A DNA stretch of 64,000 nucleotides from the NCBI GenBank assembly GCA_050011875.1, contig JBEKIG010000009.1, positions 1 to 64,000 on the forward strand. Direction: 5' to 3'. The translations under genes and the position numbers were made by a program. Of this stretch, positions 1 through 9,847 are shown piece after piece; the stretch's first letter is position 1; each line of letters starts with the position of its first letter. The stretch comes from Nitrososphaeria archaeon (GTDB lineage: Archaea; Thermoproteota; Nitrososphaeria; JACIWG01). Under the pieces are notes generated by a model. It was not told where the DNA came from and searched no databases. It was given only the letters and a program-made list of their open reading frames with translations.

Positions 1-28
1 CTTCAGTCTTTTTGATTGCTTTGGTCAT
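1..28 (-). CDS. 5' end of an unidentified CDS running off the left edge (MTKAIKKTE...)
   Basis: ATG at 28 on the minus strand, open to the window edge, downstream of rpo6 in the same orientation. Confidence 0.35.
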
Positions 29-105
29 ATTTTTCTCCTGAACATCAGGGACAAAAATCTGATTAATAACTTTGTCGGTTTTTGTCACCCAAAACCAAAG
101 GAAGA

Positions 106-375
106 TCATAGAAGGTATTTTAGAGCTATATCTTGATATGTGCTATCAGGAAGCTGACGTCTTATAGATATAGGTAAAGCTTTAGCATAAAGCTCCCTCT
201 TTGCAATCTCTGTTACATTGAAAAGATCATCACGAGGTATAAACGATGGTGCACCATATGACAGCTGAAGAGCTCTTGCACCAATTATTCTAGCCCGCTC
301 ATACTTAGTTAATTTTGGAGGCCCAATTGTTATCTTAAACAAACTAGATACTTTTTGATGAGATTTTTTAGACAT
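106..375 (-). CDS. rpo6: DNA-directed RNA polymerase subunit Rpo6 (K)
   Basis: LTKYERARIIGARALQLSYGAP and PISIRR motifs of the Rpo6/RPB6 family. Confidence 0.97.
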   Translation of the reverse strand: MSKKSHQKVSSLFKITIGPPKLTKYERARIIGARALQLSYGAPSFIPRDDLFNVTEIAKRELYAKALPISIRRQLPDSTYQDIALKYLL

Positions 376-489
376 TAGAGAAAATCACCGTTCCCAGCAC
401 ATTCCCCTTTAACGAAGTCCTTTTTGAAAGTTTCGGTCACACTTTTAAAAAAAATTATAAACAAGGGTGAAAATCAATGTATGATTTTA

Positions 490-873
490 TTGTCGACTGT
501 AGGGACCGTTTCTAGACAGAAATTTAGGATAACTATTACATGCAAAGGCGAAGTTATCGCTAATCTATACAGACACCTATCTCCATCGACACTGTTGAGG
601 TTAAACAAGATCCTCCCATTAGAAACCCATGTAATAAGGCAAAATGGTATCATTGTTATGCCTGTAAATGTTATAGCTGGCAAAGAAAAGATCAGAGACG
701 AATTTAAGAGAGGTGAAATTGCGTTTGGTCTCCAAGAAGTAGCTTTAGTGGTTTTCCTTGAAGAAACAAAGGTCGCTAGAAAGTACAACATATTAGGTCA
801 AGTTGAGAAAGGGCTTGACCTATTAGATAGTATTGTTCACAGTGAAACCGTCAAGATCGAAAGAATAGAGTAA
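490..873 (+). CDS. Cyclophilin-like fold protein (DUF369/TM1367-like)
   Basis: RHLSPST...LPL...FKRGEIAF...LGQV pattern; probable TTG start at 490 (ORF open from 424). Confidence 0.7.
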   Translation: MSTVGTVSRQKFRITITCKGEVIANLYRHLSPSTLLRLNKILPLETHVIRQNGIIVMPVNVIAGKEKIRDEFKRGEIAFGLQEVALVVFLEETKVARKYNILGQVEKGLDLLDSIVHSETVKIERIE

Positions 874-879
874 AATCCA

Positions 880-1203
880 TTATTCTTTGAACTTGTAGAT
901 AAAATGGCTACTAAAGCCACCTACCTTCACAATTAAGCCCTTTGATTCAAGAGTTCTAAGGAATTGATTAGCTGCTGAGGCAGTAACACCTAAAGCTTTG
1001 GCGACCGAATATAATGTTAAGGACTTTGCAGCCTTTAACTGGTTTAATGCTTCTTTCTCATCCCTCACACGATCTTTATATTCTTCACGCCTAGGAGAAT
1101 GCCCTCCCTTTTTTTCTGACTTAGCTTTAGCAGCCTGTTCTTCGGCTTCTTTCGCCTGAGCCTTTTCTTCAGACGTTATACTCCTTTTCTTTGTTCCACC
1201 CAT
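880..1203 (-). CDS. rps25e: 30S ribosomal protein S25e
   Basis: MGGTKK basic N-terminus and winged-helix TLYSVAKALGVTASAANQFLRTLESKGLI. Confidence 0.9.
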   Translation of the reverse strand: MGGTKKRSITSEEKAQAKEAEEQAAKAKSEKKGGHSPRREEYKDRVRDEKEALNQLKAAKSLTLYSVAKALGVTASAANQFLRTLESKGLIVKVGGFSSHFIYKFKE

Positions 1204-1307
1204 GATTGTTCAGCCAATTACACCCAACGTTCAAATAGATTAACCTTTCTATTGTCAAAGAAAAAGTTAATTATACTAGACTTTAAAATATAATTATAGA
1301 TGACCCA

Positions 1308-3080
1308 ATGAACTTCTCAGAGCTTTCAGACACATTAGCAAGACTTTCGGAAACAACAAAAAGACTGGAGATGATAAGCATACTAGCAGAACTCTTTAAA
1401 AAAACAGACCCAGACGTAATCGATAAAGTTGTCTACATGATACAGGGAAAACTGTATCCTGATTATGTAGGAATAGAGACCGGCATAGCTGAAAAGACCG
1501 CGGCAAAAGTAATAGCTAATGTTTCAGGTGTTAGTATTGCGAAGGTAGAAGAACTTGCTTCGAAATTAGGTGATTTGGGTGACGTTGCAGAAAAACTTCT
1601 AAATAAAAAAGCGCAGGTGACCCTTTTTTCTGAACAGCTCACAGTAGAAAAAGTATATTCTGCTCTAGATAAGACTGCGCGAACAACAGGGTCCGGAGCA
1701 CAAGAGATGAAACAAAAAATACTTTCGGGACTTTTAAGCGAAAGCAAATCCAACGAAGCTAAATTTTTGATAAGATTTGTGATCGGAACACTGAGACTTG
1801 GAGTTGCAGACTATACGATACTAGATGGTCTGGCCCAAGCGTTCAGTGGGGGCAAAGACAGCAGAAATTTGATTGAAAGAGCATACAACGTATCCAGCGA
1901 TTTGGGACTCGTAGCAAAAGTTCTTTCGAAAGGAGGGAAAAACGCTTTAAACAGCTTCAGCATTTCAGTCGGAAGACCTATCAGACCAATGCTCGCTGAG
2001 AGACTGACAACAGCCCAAGAAGTTGTCGAAAAGATGAAGGGTGAGGTCTCCGTAGAATACAAACTTGATGGTGAAAGAGTCCAAATACATAAGAATCGAA
2101 CAGATATATTACTTTTCTCAAGAAGACTTGAGAAAATAACGCACCACTATCCAGATGTCGTGAGCGCTGCCAAAAAAAATCTAGTCTTTGATGTCGGAAT
2201 CGTTGAAGGAGAGATCGTTGCAATAAATCAGGACACGGGAGAACTCAGACCCTTCCAGGAGCTCATGCACAGAAGAAGAAAGTACGAAGTTGAGAAGGCC
2301 ATGGAAGGAATACCTACAGTTGTCTATCTTTTCGATATACTCTCACTAAAAGGCAGGGACTTAACACAACAACATTATCACGTTCGAAGAAAGCTCCTAA
2401 TAGAGAATTTAAAGGAAGATATCTCGATTAGAGTTGTGCCAAATATAATAACCTCGAAACCAGAAGAAATTGAAAAATTTATGAATAAAGCAATCTCCGA
2501 CGGATGTGAGGGCGTTGTCGTAAAGGACTTGAACGGCACTTATAGGGCTGGCGCAAGAGAATTTAGCTGGATAAAACTAAAAAGGGAATACAGAAGTGAA
2601 TTAGCTGACACCCTTGATCTTGTAATTATTGGGGCCTTCTATGGTAAAGGAAAGAGAACGGGCAAGTATGGAACATTTCTTCTAGCAGCCTATGACGACG
2701 ATAAAGACATTTTCGAGTCCATCAGCAAAGTCGGCACAGGATTCACAGATGAAAACCTTGACAAATTCAAGAGGCTTCTTAACCAATATAAGATTAAACA
2801 CGCACACAGCAGAGTGAACTCTAAAATAGAACCAGACGTTTGGTTTATTCCACAAGTTGTGATAGAAGTTGCAGCCTCAGAAATAACGTTCAGCCCAATC
2901 TACACGGCAGGCTATAATAAGCTTAGAAAAGATGCTGGCCTAGCATTAAGATTTCCAAAATTCACGGGACGAATAAGAGACGATAAAAACCCAGAAGACG
3001 CGACTACAGTCAAAGAAGTTATTGAACTGTACCAGAAGAGGCTCAGCAGAATACAACCAGCGAGCAGCGACAATCTTTAG
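1308..3080 (+). CDS. lig: ATP-dependent DNA ligase
   Basis: EYKLDGERVQIH adenylation motif, EGVVVK, WIKLKREY, LRFPKF. Confidence 0.98.
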   Translation: MNFSELSDTLARLSETTKRLEMISILAELFKKTDPDVIDKVVYMIQGKLYPDYVGIETGIAEKTAAKVIANVSGVSIAKVEELASKLGDLGDVAEKLLNKKAQVTLFSEQLTVEKVYSALDKTARTTGSGAQEMKQKILSGLLSESKSNEAKFLIRFVIGTLRLGVADYTILDGLAQAFSGGKDSRNLIERAYNVSSDLGLVAKVLSKGGKNALNSFSISVGRPIRPMLAERLTTAQEVVEKMKGEVSVEYKLDGERVQIHKNRTDILLFSRRLEKITHHYPDVVSAAKKNLVFDVGIVEGEIVAINQDTGELRPFQELMHRRRKYEVEKAMEGIPTVVYLFDILSLKGRDLTQQHYHVRRKLLIENLKEDISIRVVPNIITSKPEEIEKFMNKAISDGCEGVVVKDLNGTYRAGAREFSWIKLKREYRSELADTLDLVIIGAFYGKGKRTGKYGTFLLAAYDDDKDIFESISKVGTGFTDENLDKFKRLLNQYKIKHAHSRVNSKIEPDVWFIPQVVIEVAASEITFSPIYTAGYNKLRKDAGLALRFPKFTGRIRDDKNPEDATTVKEVIELYQKRLSRIQPASSDNL

Positions 3081-3315
3081 CTCTCTTGATCATGTAATGA
3101 TGCGTTTGAAATGAATTTTATTGGAGTTCATTGGCAATTAAGAAAAGAAAATGAAATAGTCGAGATACTGCTAAGAAACATACATGTATTTAAACGATTA
3201 ACAATCACGCGCAACAAAATTATTTAAAAAACTCCTTAACGTAAACGTAACTTCCTACAGGGTCGTAACTAATTTAGATTAAAAAAAGTTTATGCTTGTT
3301 TAAGAATAAGCGTAG

Positions 3316-4007
3316 TTGATGAACAGCCAAGAACTTGTTAGGGTGCCTAAGCTTCAGATCGCATTCGATCTTCTTGCTATAGATCACACCATAGAGATTT
3401 CTTATAAAGTTGAAAACGCCGGAGTGGACATATTGGAAGCTGGTACACCGTTGATTAAATCCGTAGGAATAGGGGTAGTAAGAGAACTTAAGGGAAGATT
3501 TCCTAAAAAGATTGTGCTCGCTGATCTGAAAACTTTGGATGTTGGAAGAATTGAGGTGTGTATGTCAGCTGATGCGGGAGCTGACATAGTGTCAGTTTCA
3601 GCTTTAGCGCCGGACGAGGTTATTACGGAAGCTTTAGCAGCAGCCGAAGAAAAAAAGGTGCTGTTGGAAGCAGATCTCTTGGGGGTGAAAGATCAATTAA
3701 ATAGAACATTTGAGTTAAAAAGCTTGGAGTTAACATTATCTGCGTTCACACCGCAATAGACCAGGAAAAAAGGGGTGTCAAATTTGAAGACAGACTTTAC
3801 ATGGTTAAAAGCATAGCTCAGGAAAAGGATCTCGTTATTTCTGCAGCTGGAGGACTAAACATTGGAAATGTTGGGCAGATGGTTGAAGCTGGCGCAAATA
3901 TAATCGTCGTTGGGAGAGCTTTAACAAATTCGGCTGAACCGAGTTTAGTCGCTCGCCAATTTAAAAACGAAATGATAAAATTTATCAACAGGGAGCAGCT
4001 AAAATAG
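3316..4007 (+). pseudogene. hxlA: 3-hexulose-6-phosphate synthase (HPS/KGPDC, OMP-decarboxylase-like barrel), split by a frameshift at ~3717-3721
   Basis: LQIAFD, EAGTPLIKSVG, ADLKTLDVG in ORF1; the -1 frame after the A5 run reads KLGVNIICVHTAIDQ... and joins ORF2 (AAGGL...VVGRAL). Confidence 0.85.
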
Positions 4008-4066
4008 TATGGCCACAGTTCAGGTCATTATATTTTTTTTATCATGCAAAAAATGAAAAATGTTAT

Positions 4067-4744
4067 ATGTTACTTAATATAAGTAGACTTGACATGTACG
4101 AAGGAGAAGCCGAACTTAGAGCAAAACGGAAGACCTTGTCTCTACTCACAGATGAGTCAAGAAAGGTTGTTGAAGGGGTAAGAATAATTTTAAATACTTA
4201 CAAACAGATCTTAAAGGAAGATAAAGAGGGAATAAACGCAAGCATCGAAGAGGCGAAGAAAGTAGAAGACGATGTTGAGAGGTACAGAAGAAGTCTAATC
4301 AAGGAGCTGATGAGCATGGGTAATATTGTGATGAACAGGGAAGACGTCCTCCGTGCAGCATATTCTATAGAAGAAATTGTTAATTACATTTATTCTATAA
4401 CATTCCGATTAGCACAGATTGATCCTAAGCTTTTCAAACGAGTCATCGCAAAGGAATTCGAAGAGCTCATTCTCATGGCCGCAGATATAGTGCAGAAGAT
4501 GAGCGAGGTTGTGAGGATGTTGACAATAAATCAGCTGAAGGTTCCAGATATTGCAATAGAGGTCGAAAATATAGAAAAAGAAATAGACGTCAAGTATAGG
4601 ACATTAAGCATGAAATTACCTTCTACAATTTTAAATGCAGCCGGGGGATTTCTTATTTTGGATCTTTTGGATCGAATAGAGAACCTTGCAGACGCCTGTT
4701 TAAAAGCAACCGATGCAGTAACCATCCTCGCTCTTGGGATATAG
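4067..4744 (+). CDS. DUF47/PhoU-like phosphate transport regulator
   Basis: All-helical two-repeat protein with EDDVE, NREDVL, EKEID, DRIENLAD motifs. Confidence 0.85.
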   Translation: MLLNISRLDMYEGEAELRAKRKTLSLLTDESRKVVEGVRIILNTYKQILKEDKEGINASIEEAKKVEDDVERYRRSLIKELMSMGNIVMNREDVLRAAYSIEEIVNYIYSITFRLAQIDPKLFKRVIAKEFEELILMAADIVQKMSEVVRMLTINQLKVPDIAIEVENIEKEIDVKYRTLSMKLPSTILNAAGGFLILDLLDRIENLADACLKATDAVTILALGI

Positions 4745-4756
4745 GAGCATGGAATA

Positions 4757-5305
4757 ATGGACGCTTTCACTGGAAGGCTTTTAGGAAATAGAATAATGGT
4801 CAGCAACTTAGAGGAGTCTCATGAACTTTACAGGATAGGATTTTTCGGAAAACCTGTTGGTGTACATAAGCCAAAGAACGGGGAGTTTAACACACCTATA
4901 GTCTTAGATGTTATAGAAGGATTATATCTCGTTGAAAGAAAAATGCTTAGAGTACTTAATGAAAATGGTTCAGAAATATCTTCGGAAGAACTTTTGAAGA
5001 TCTGTAGAAAAGATTATTTGAATTTCGATATGAAATATATTGTATACAAAGATCTGAGAGATAAGAAACACATAGCTTTACCGGGAATAAAATTCGGATG
5101 CGATTTCGCTGTGTACGAACATGGTCCAGGAATCGACCATGCACCCTACCTGGTGCAGGTAATAGGTGAAAAAGATAAACTCTCAGCAACGTCGGTTGTC
5201 CTATCTGGACGGCTAGCTACGACAGTTAGGAAACAATTCATTATGGCAATAGTAGGTCACGATGGTGCCCCAAAGTATTTGACGTTAGAATGGTGGAAAT
5301 CTTAG
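4757..5305 (+). CDS. endA: tRNA-intron (splicing) endonuclease
   Basis: VYKDLR, GIKFGCDFAVY, GPGIDHAPY, VRK: catalytic Tyr/His/Lys triad present. Confidence 0.95.
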   Translation: MDAFTGRLLGNRIMVSNLEESHELYRIGFFGKPVGVHKPKNGEFNTPIVLDVIEGLYLVERKMLRVLNENGSEISSEELLKICRKDYLNFDMKYIVYKDLRDKKHIALPGIKFGCDFAVYEHGPGIDHAPYLVQVIGEKDKLSATSVVLSGRLATTVRKQFIMAIVGHDGAPKYLTLEWWKS

Positions 5306-5335
5306 ACCATTTTAGAAAACTTTTAATCTGACGTC

Positions 5336-5350
5336 TACGGTGGCACCGTA
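5336..5350. promoter_or_regulatory. Palindrome TACGGTG-G-CACCGTA, candidate operator
   Basis: Perfect 7-1-7 inverted repeat between an AT-rich TATA-like stretch (~5320) and the start at 5359. Confidence 0.4.
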
Positions 5351-5358
5351 AGTAGTGA

Positions 5359-5661
5359 GTGACTATGGCAGAGAGTGATACGGCCAAACCCTGCACGTCA
5401 AGATGTGAATTCTTCCGATGCGGCCGAAGAATGTTAGTTTTTCGTGAAGGTAGACCATGGTGTAGCTTTGTAAACGAGCCTTGCATGCCTCAGACGTGCG
5501 CTTATGCTACCTGTCTAAGAGCGAAACTTATCGAGGGAAATATATGCGGACTCACTTTAAGGAGAATTACCGTTGAAAAAACAACTCCCAACGACTTTAA
5601 ACCCAACGTCAAACTGAAGAACAAAGATCTCCAGAAATTTGGCAGCGAAGATGTAGTGTAG
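5359..5661 (+). CDS. Small Cys-rich hypothetical protein (8 Cys, probable metal binding)
   Basis: CTSRCEFFRC...WC...C...C...C...C spacing; coherent ORF. Confidence 0.75.
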   Translation: MTMAESDTAKPCTSRCEFFRCGRRMLVFREGRPWCSFVNEPCMPQTCAYATCLRAKLIEGNICGLTLRRITVEKTTPNDFKPNVKLKNKDLQKFGSEDVV

Positions 5662-5758
5662 TTCGGATATAACGTAGTTTTGCACTTTAGATTAGCTTGA
5701 TAATTCTATTTTCATCGTCCCAATATGAAGTAAGGAAATCTATAAGTGAAAACCATAA

Positions 5759-6703
5759 TTATTGATTTATAATATCGATGGAACCATAGATCTCCTTGAA
5801 AAGAAGTAATATCGCTTGAGGTGGAAAAACACCATATTCTGTAACGATTAAGTCGATATATTCCGGAGGAGTGATGTCGAAGGCTGGATTAGCTATCTTA
5901 ACACATTCGTTCATTGCATACCAATCCTTGGTGACAACCTCTTCATGTGGTCGTTCTTCTATCGGTATAAGTTCACCGTAAAAAGTTTTAGGACTTATCT
6001 TATAACTTTCAGCTGCTACAATAAATCTGCTCCTAGACTCTTTTGCAGCCAGAGCCATCATCGAAGTTCCTATCTTGTTTACGATAGCTCCGTTCACCGA
6101 TATGGCGTCAGCACCAACGACAACTACATTAACCCTATTCATATAGAACCTTGCAGCAGAGTCGATGATCAACGTCACATCAATACCCTCTTTAGCGAGT
6201 TTACTAGAAGTAAGCAACCCCTGCATTTTTGGTCTTGTTTCAGTGCAGAAAACCTTAATATTTTTCTTTTGTTTGAATGCCGCTAATATGATGGCTATTG
6301 CGGATTCACTGTTGCAGTGTGTTAGAATTATATCGCCATCCTGGATACGGTTTGATCCTATTAGACCAATTCTTTCTATAGCCGACTCGCTTCTCGTTAT
6401 AAACTTTTCACAGTATTTCTTTAACGAATCCTTTAAAACCGGGACATCAACTGTGCACTGGCATTCTTTATCAAGATTTGTTAAAACATAATTTACGGCG
6501 TTTGGCAGAGATACAGCGGTAGGTCTTGCATTTTTAAGGAATTCCCCTGCTTCTTTCACCTTATTGATAAATTCTGTGCCAGATTTAACGTCCAAAGCTG
6601 TACCGAAATCTTCGAGAGCCTTAACGGATGCTCTAGCTATGCGGCCAGCTCCCCTAATACGCATTTTCTTAATATCCTCAAATGTGCTTTCTATAGTTTG
6701 CAA
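5759..6703 (-). CDS. Ribose-1,5-bisphosphate isomerase (eIF2B-like family)
   Basis: IRGAG, RPTAVSLPN, LTHCNS (catalytic Cys), ETRPKMQG, VGADAI (catalytic Asp), NPAFDITP. Confidence 0.9.
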   Translation of the reverse strand: MQTIESTFEDIKKMRIRGAGRIARASVKALEDFGTALDVKSGTEFINKVKEAGEFLKNARPTAVSLPNAVNYVLTNLDKECQCTVDVPVLKDSLKKYCEKFITRSESAIERIGLIGSNRIQDGDIILTHCNSESAIAIILAAFKQKKNIKVFCTETRPKMQGLLTSSKLAKEGIDVTLIIDSAARFYMNRVNVVVVGADAISVNGAIVNKIGTSMMALAAKESRSRFIVAAESYKISPKTFYGELIPIEERPHEEVVTKDWYAMNECVKIANPAFDITPPEYIDLIVTEYGVFPPQAILLLFKEIYGSIDIINQ

Positions 6704-6759
6704 ATTGACAGATAATAAAACGAGGTTAGTAAAAAGTATTTTGAATAAAAAAATATGGA

Positions 6760-6780
6760 CCTGAAGGATTTCTCCTCAGG
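6760..6780 (-). terminator. Hairpin after TRAM gene (CCUGAGGA-GAAA-UCCUUCAGG followed by a U-rich tract)
   Basis: Stem with GAAA tetraloop and one bulge, ~20 nt after the stop codon, then a T-run on the minus strand. Confidence 0.55.
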
Positions 6781-6802
6781 TTTCTTTCTAAAAAATTTTC
6801 TT

Positions 6803-7060
6803 TTATTGCACTACTTCGCCCACTGCGTGACTAGGAAGTACCTGTGTTATCTTCGCTTTCACAGTATCACCCTTGTTTGTATGGGGCACAAAGATGACGT
6901 ATCCTTGCAGTCTTGCTAAACCGTCTCCTCTTCTACTGATTTCGCTGATCGTTACATCAACGATATCTCCGACTTTCACTGGCTTTTCTTTGAAGTAAGA
7001 TGAAGGAAACTTCTTTCCAGGCCCTCTCTCACGCATTTCTGAACCTTCTTCCTCTGCCAA
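6803..7060 (-). CDS. Single TRAM-domain RNA-binding protein (cold-shock-like RNA chaperone)
   Basis: KPVKVGD...ISRRGDGLARLQGYVIFVP...GDTVKAKI. Confidence 0.93.
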   Translation of the reverse strand: MAEEEGSEMRERGPGKKFPSSYFKEKPVKVGDIVDVTISEISRRGDGLARLQGYVIFVPHTNKGDTVKAKITQVLPSHAVGEVVQ

Positions 7061-7181
7061 GTTATTTCTTTGCCTCGTCCCCAGATGTTTACGTTAACTA
7101 TTTAAATGTTAACAGCTTTTTGAAATTATTACTTTGATGGCCTAGTAACAGTGTTTTAAAAGGACCAATATGTAGTGTGCA

Positions 7182-7967
7182 ATGATGTCGGACAACATCA
7201 TCAAAGAAGGGGATAACATACTTTTGTATACATCAAAGGGAAAGACGTGGTTGATTAAAGCAGAAATTGGCGCAAAAGTGCACACCCACCTCGGTATTAT
7301 AGAACTATCAAAGGTAGTAGGAAGGGAATTCGGGGAAGTTTTTGAGACAACCTTAGGCGCAAAAATCGTTGTACTCAAACCCTACCTAGTAGACTATCTC
7401 ATGAAAAGTGCGAGGAATACACAGATAGTCTATCCTAAGGATATTGGTTTCATAATAATGGAAACAGGTCTCTGTCCAGGTTCAATTGTTATAGAAGCTG
7501 GAACCGGAAGTGGGGTGCTTACAACAGCATTTGCAAGCCATATAAAACCTGACGGCCACATATACTCTTATGAGATTAGGCCTGAGTTTATTGAGATAGC
7601 GGAAAAGAATCTGATTAAAGCAGGTGTTAGAGATTTTGTGACTATAAAGAATAAAGATGCCTCGCTTGCATTTGATGAAAAAAATGTCGATATCGCAATA
7701 ATAGATGTCGGAGACCCCTGGAAACTCGCGAAGCCTGCACATGATTCCCTAAAGGGCGGAGGAGCAATAGCAGCTATATTACCCACTATGAACCAGGCAG
7801 AAAAACTTGCGTCGGAGCTTCATAGTTTAGAATTTATAAATGTCCATACCGTTGAATTGATGCTTAGAAACTTGGAGGCCAGAGAGGGAATGACAAGGCC
7901 TTCTACAAGAATGATAGCCCACACAGCATATCTAATGTTCGCGCGAAAAGCGATATTCAACAGATGA
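7182..7967 (+). CDS. trmI: tRNA (adenine-57/58-N1)-methyltransferase
   Basis: HTHLG, TQIVYPKD, EAGTGSG, HTAYL. Confidence 0.95.
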   Translation: MMSDNIIKEGDNILLYTSKGKTWLIKAEIGAKVHTHLGIIELSKVVGREFGEVFETTLGAKIVVLKPYLVDYLMKSARNTQIVYPKDIGFIIMETGLCPGSIVIEAGTGSGVLTTAFASHIKPDGHIYSYEIRPEFIEIAEKNLIKAGVRDFVTIKNKDASLAFDEKNVDIAIIDVGDPWKLAKPAHDSLKGGGAIAAILPTMNQAEKLASELHSLEFINVHTVELMLRNLEAREGMTRPSTRMIAHTAYLMFARKAIFNR

Positions 7968-8077
7968 TTCTTCCCAAATTCTTTTGCTCAGCTTTTTAAC
8001 TTTTCAAATGTGTCAATAATGTATTTAAAAGTATGTTATCTGTGTCTACCCGACGTTCAATTTCATTAAGGAAAAAG

Positions 8078-8125
8078 GATGGATTTCAACCTGGGTGTTG
8101 CTAAACAAAGGTTAAAACGTCCATC
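8078..8125 (+). promoter_or_regulatory. Long leader hairpin ending immediately before ATG 8126
   Basis: GATGGA/TCCATC, TTT.AACCT/AGGTT.AAA and TGTT/AACA nested pairings. Confidence 0.45.
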
Positions 8126-8782
8126 ATGGGAATGTTTGATGAGGGAAAAATGACCAAGGAACAGTTACAAAACTTGTACATAATACTGTATGCAGTACCT
8201 TTCATCGCTGGAATTGTTGGGTGGATATATTATTACTTAACTCTGGATACAGCTGATAAAAACCTGTACAACCTTTTTTTAATGGTTTCTAAAGATCCAA
8301 TCTTTTTCCTGATAGGATTATTTGGAGTATTGTTTGCTACACTCTTGGATGCAAAATCATCGGGTGAAAGAATTGAAAATATTATTGAAAAAATCGAAAA
8401 GATTGCGTTGGCTCTGATAATAATCGAGATACTCGAAGCCGTATTTGTTGCCAACTTTGACCTTTCAAGAATTTTCTTGCTAATTATCGGCGGAAAATAT
8501 GCCATAATATTACCCTTAATGCTGATTACCTATTCTTACATGATCCCCTTGGGGAATATGCGCTTATCTCGACCTAGTATTACATCAGCTATGATGATCT
8601 TGGCAATAATTCTTATGATTTCGGCGCCGGCATACGATTTTTATGCGTACGTTACTAAAGGAGTTGTTAGAAGATATGACGAATTTGTTGTAATCTTTTT
8701 CATCGGATTGATACTTCTCATTGTTTCTAACTATTATTCTTTGAGAGGTAAGCGGAGTCAAAGAGTAAAGAAAAAACCGTAA
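8126..8782 (+). CDS. Hypothetical multi-pass membrane protein (~6 TM)
   Basis: Alternating hydrophobic segments and a basic C-terminal tail. Confidence 0.8.
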   Translation: MGMFDEGKMTKEQLQNLYIILYAVPFIAGIVGWIYYYLTLDTADKNLYNLFLMVSKDPIFFLIGLFGVLFATLLDAKSSGERIENIIEKIEKIALALIIIEILEAVFVANFDLSRIFLLIIGGKYAIILPLMLITYSYMIPLGNMRLSRPSITSAMMILAIILMISAPAYDFYAYVTKGVVRRYDEFVVIFFIGLILLIVSNYYSLRGKRSQRVKKKP

Positions 8783-9094
8783 TATCGGTATATTTGTTGA
8801 TATTTCTAACTTAATTCTTATCCCAACACTGGGTTTAACAAAAGCTGACGATCTAAATGGAATATATAGAAAGGCTTTACAATGATACCGAATTCACTTA
8901 ATTGGCACATCCTAGCTTTTAGAGAAAGATTACGCTCATAAAATTAGTGATTAAGAGTGTTTCAATTTTCTAGATCTTTGGTATTCGTGTAGATTGCCTT
9001 TTATCTCCTCATATGTTGTAATAGGCTTAGAGTCTTGTCCATGCACTTTTATAAATCGGCTTAGAGTAAATTCCTTATCCGTAACCTTGTCTTA

Positions 9095-9562
9095 TCAGCT
9101 TTCATTAGACTTAACGGTTAGCAGCTGATTTTGATAACCTCTTATTTCCTCAGAGTATTCTTTAGCCTTCTTATCGACCTGCATTAGAAAGTCGATAACA
9201 TGATCTCCTTTCACTCCTAAACATGCTAAAGTTTCTCTGCCTTTCATTAAATAGAAAATATAAACCTCTTTCATAGCTTGAGATTCTCTTTTAGATGTAG
9301 CTAGGTAAGCAACTAGATTAAGTTGGTCCATATATTGTAAAACTTGGATTTTTTCATCATAGACCCACTCTTTAGGAAATCCTTCTGTCTCTATATAGTC
9401 TCCGAAGATCTGAGTGTGACTTAGAAAGCGTTTTTCCACACTCTCTTTCCTATACCCTTTCAGCTTAAACTTCATAAGCTCAGAATAGATTAGACTTGAC
9501 TTCCCTTCACTCTGATAACTGAAGACACTCTCGATATGCTCTGAAACCGTTAAAGACTTCAT
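9095..9562 (-). CDS. Hypothetical protein
   Basis: 155-aa ORF with ATG and upstream TTTAAA; no family recognised. Confidence 0.65.
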   Translation of the reverse strand: MKSLTVSEHIESVFSYQSEGKSSLIYSELMKFKLKGYRKESVEKRFLSHTQIFGDYIETEGFPKEWVYDEKIQVLQYMDQLNLVAYLATSKRESQAMKEVYIFYLMKGRETLACLGVKGDHVIDFLMQVDKKAKEYSEEIRGYQNQLLTVKSNES

Positions 9563-9847
9563 TCAAAAAAAATTATCAGAGCATGTTTAAAACATTATTA
9601 CTTATTTTTTATCTACCATGAAGTAAAAAATAATTTAGAGCAGTGTCTTCTTTCCCTCTTAACATTCTTTCCTTTGCAAGTTCTCCTTCTAAACTCTTAA
9701 ACACACCCTAAAGATTGAAGACCTAATTCAATAAGTTACTAGATTAAGTATTCATATACACTTACTCAAATCTTTATAATTGTTATTACAGTATTTTCAA
9801 ATTTATTTATATAGTTTCAATTTTTATATTTAGGGGTGTTATTTAGT

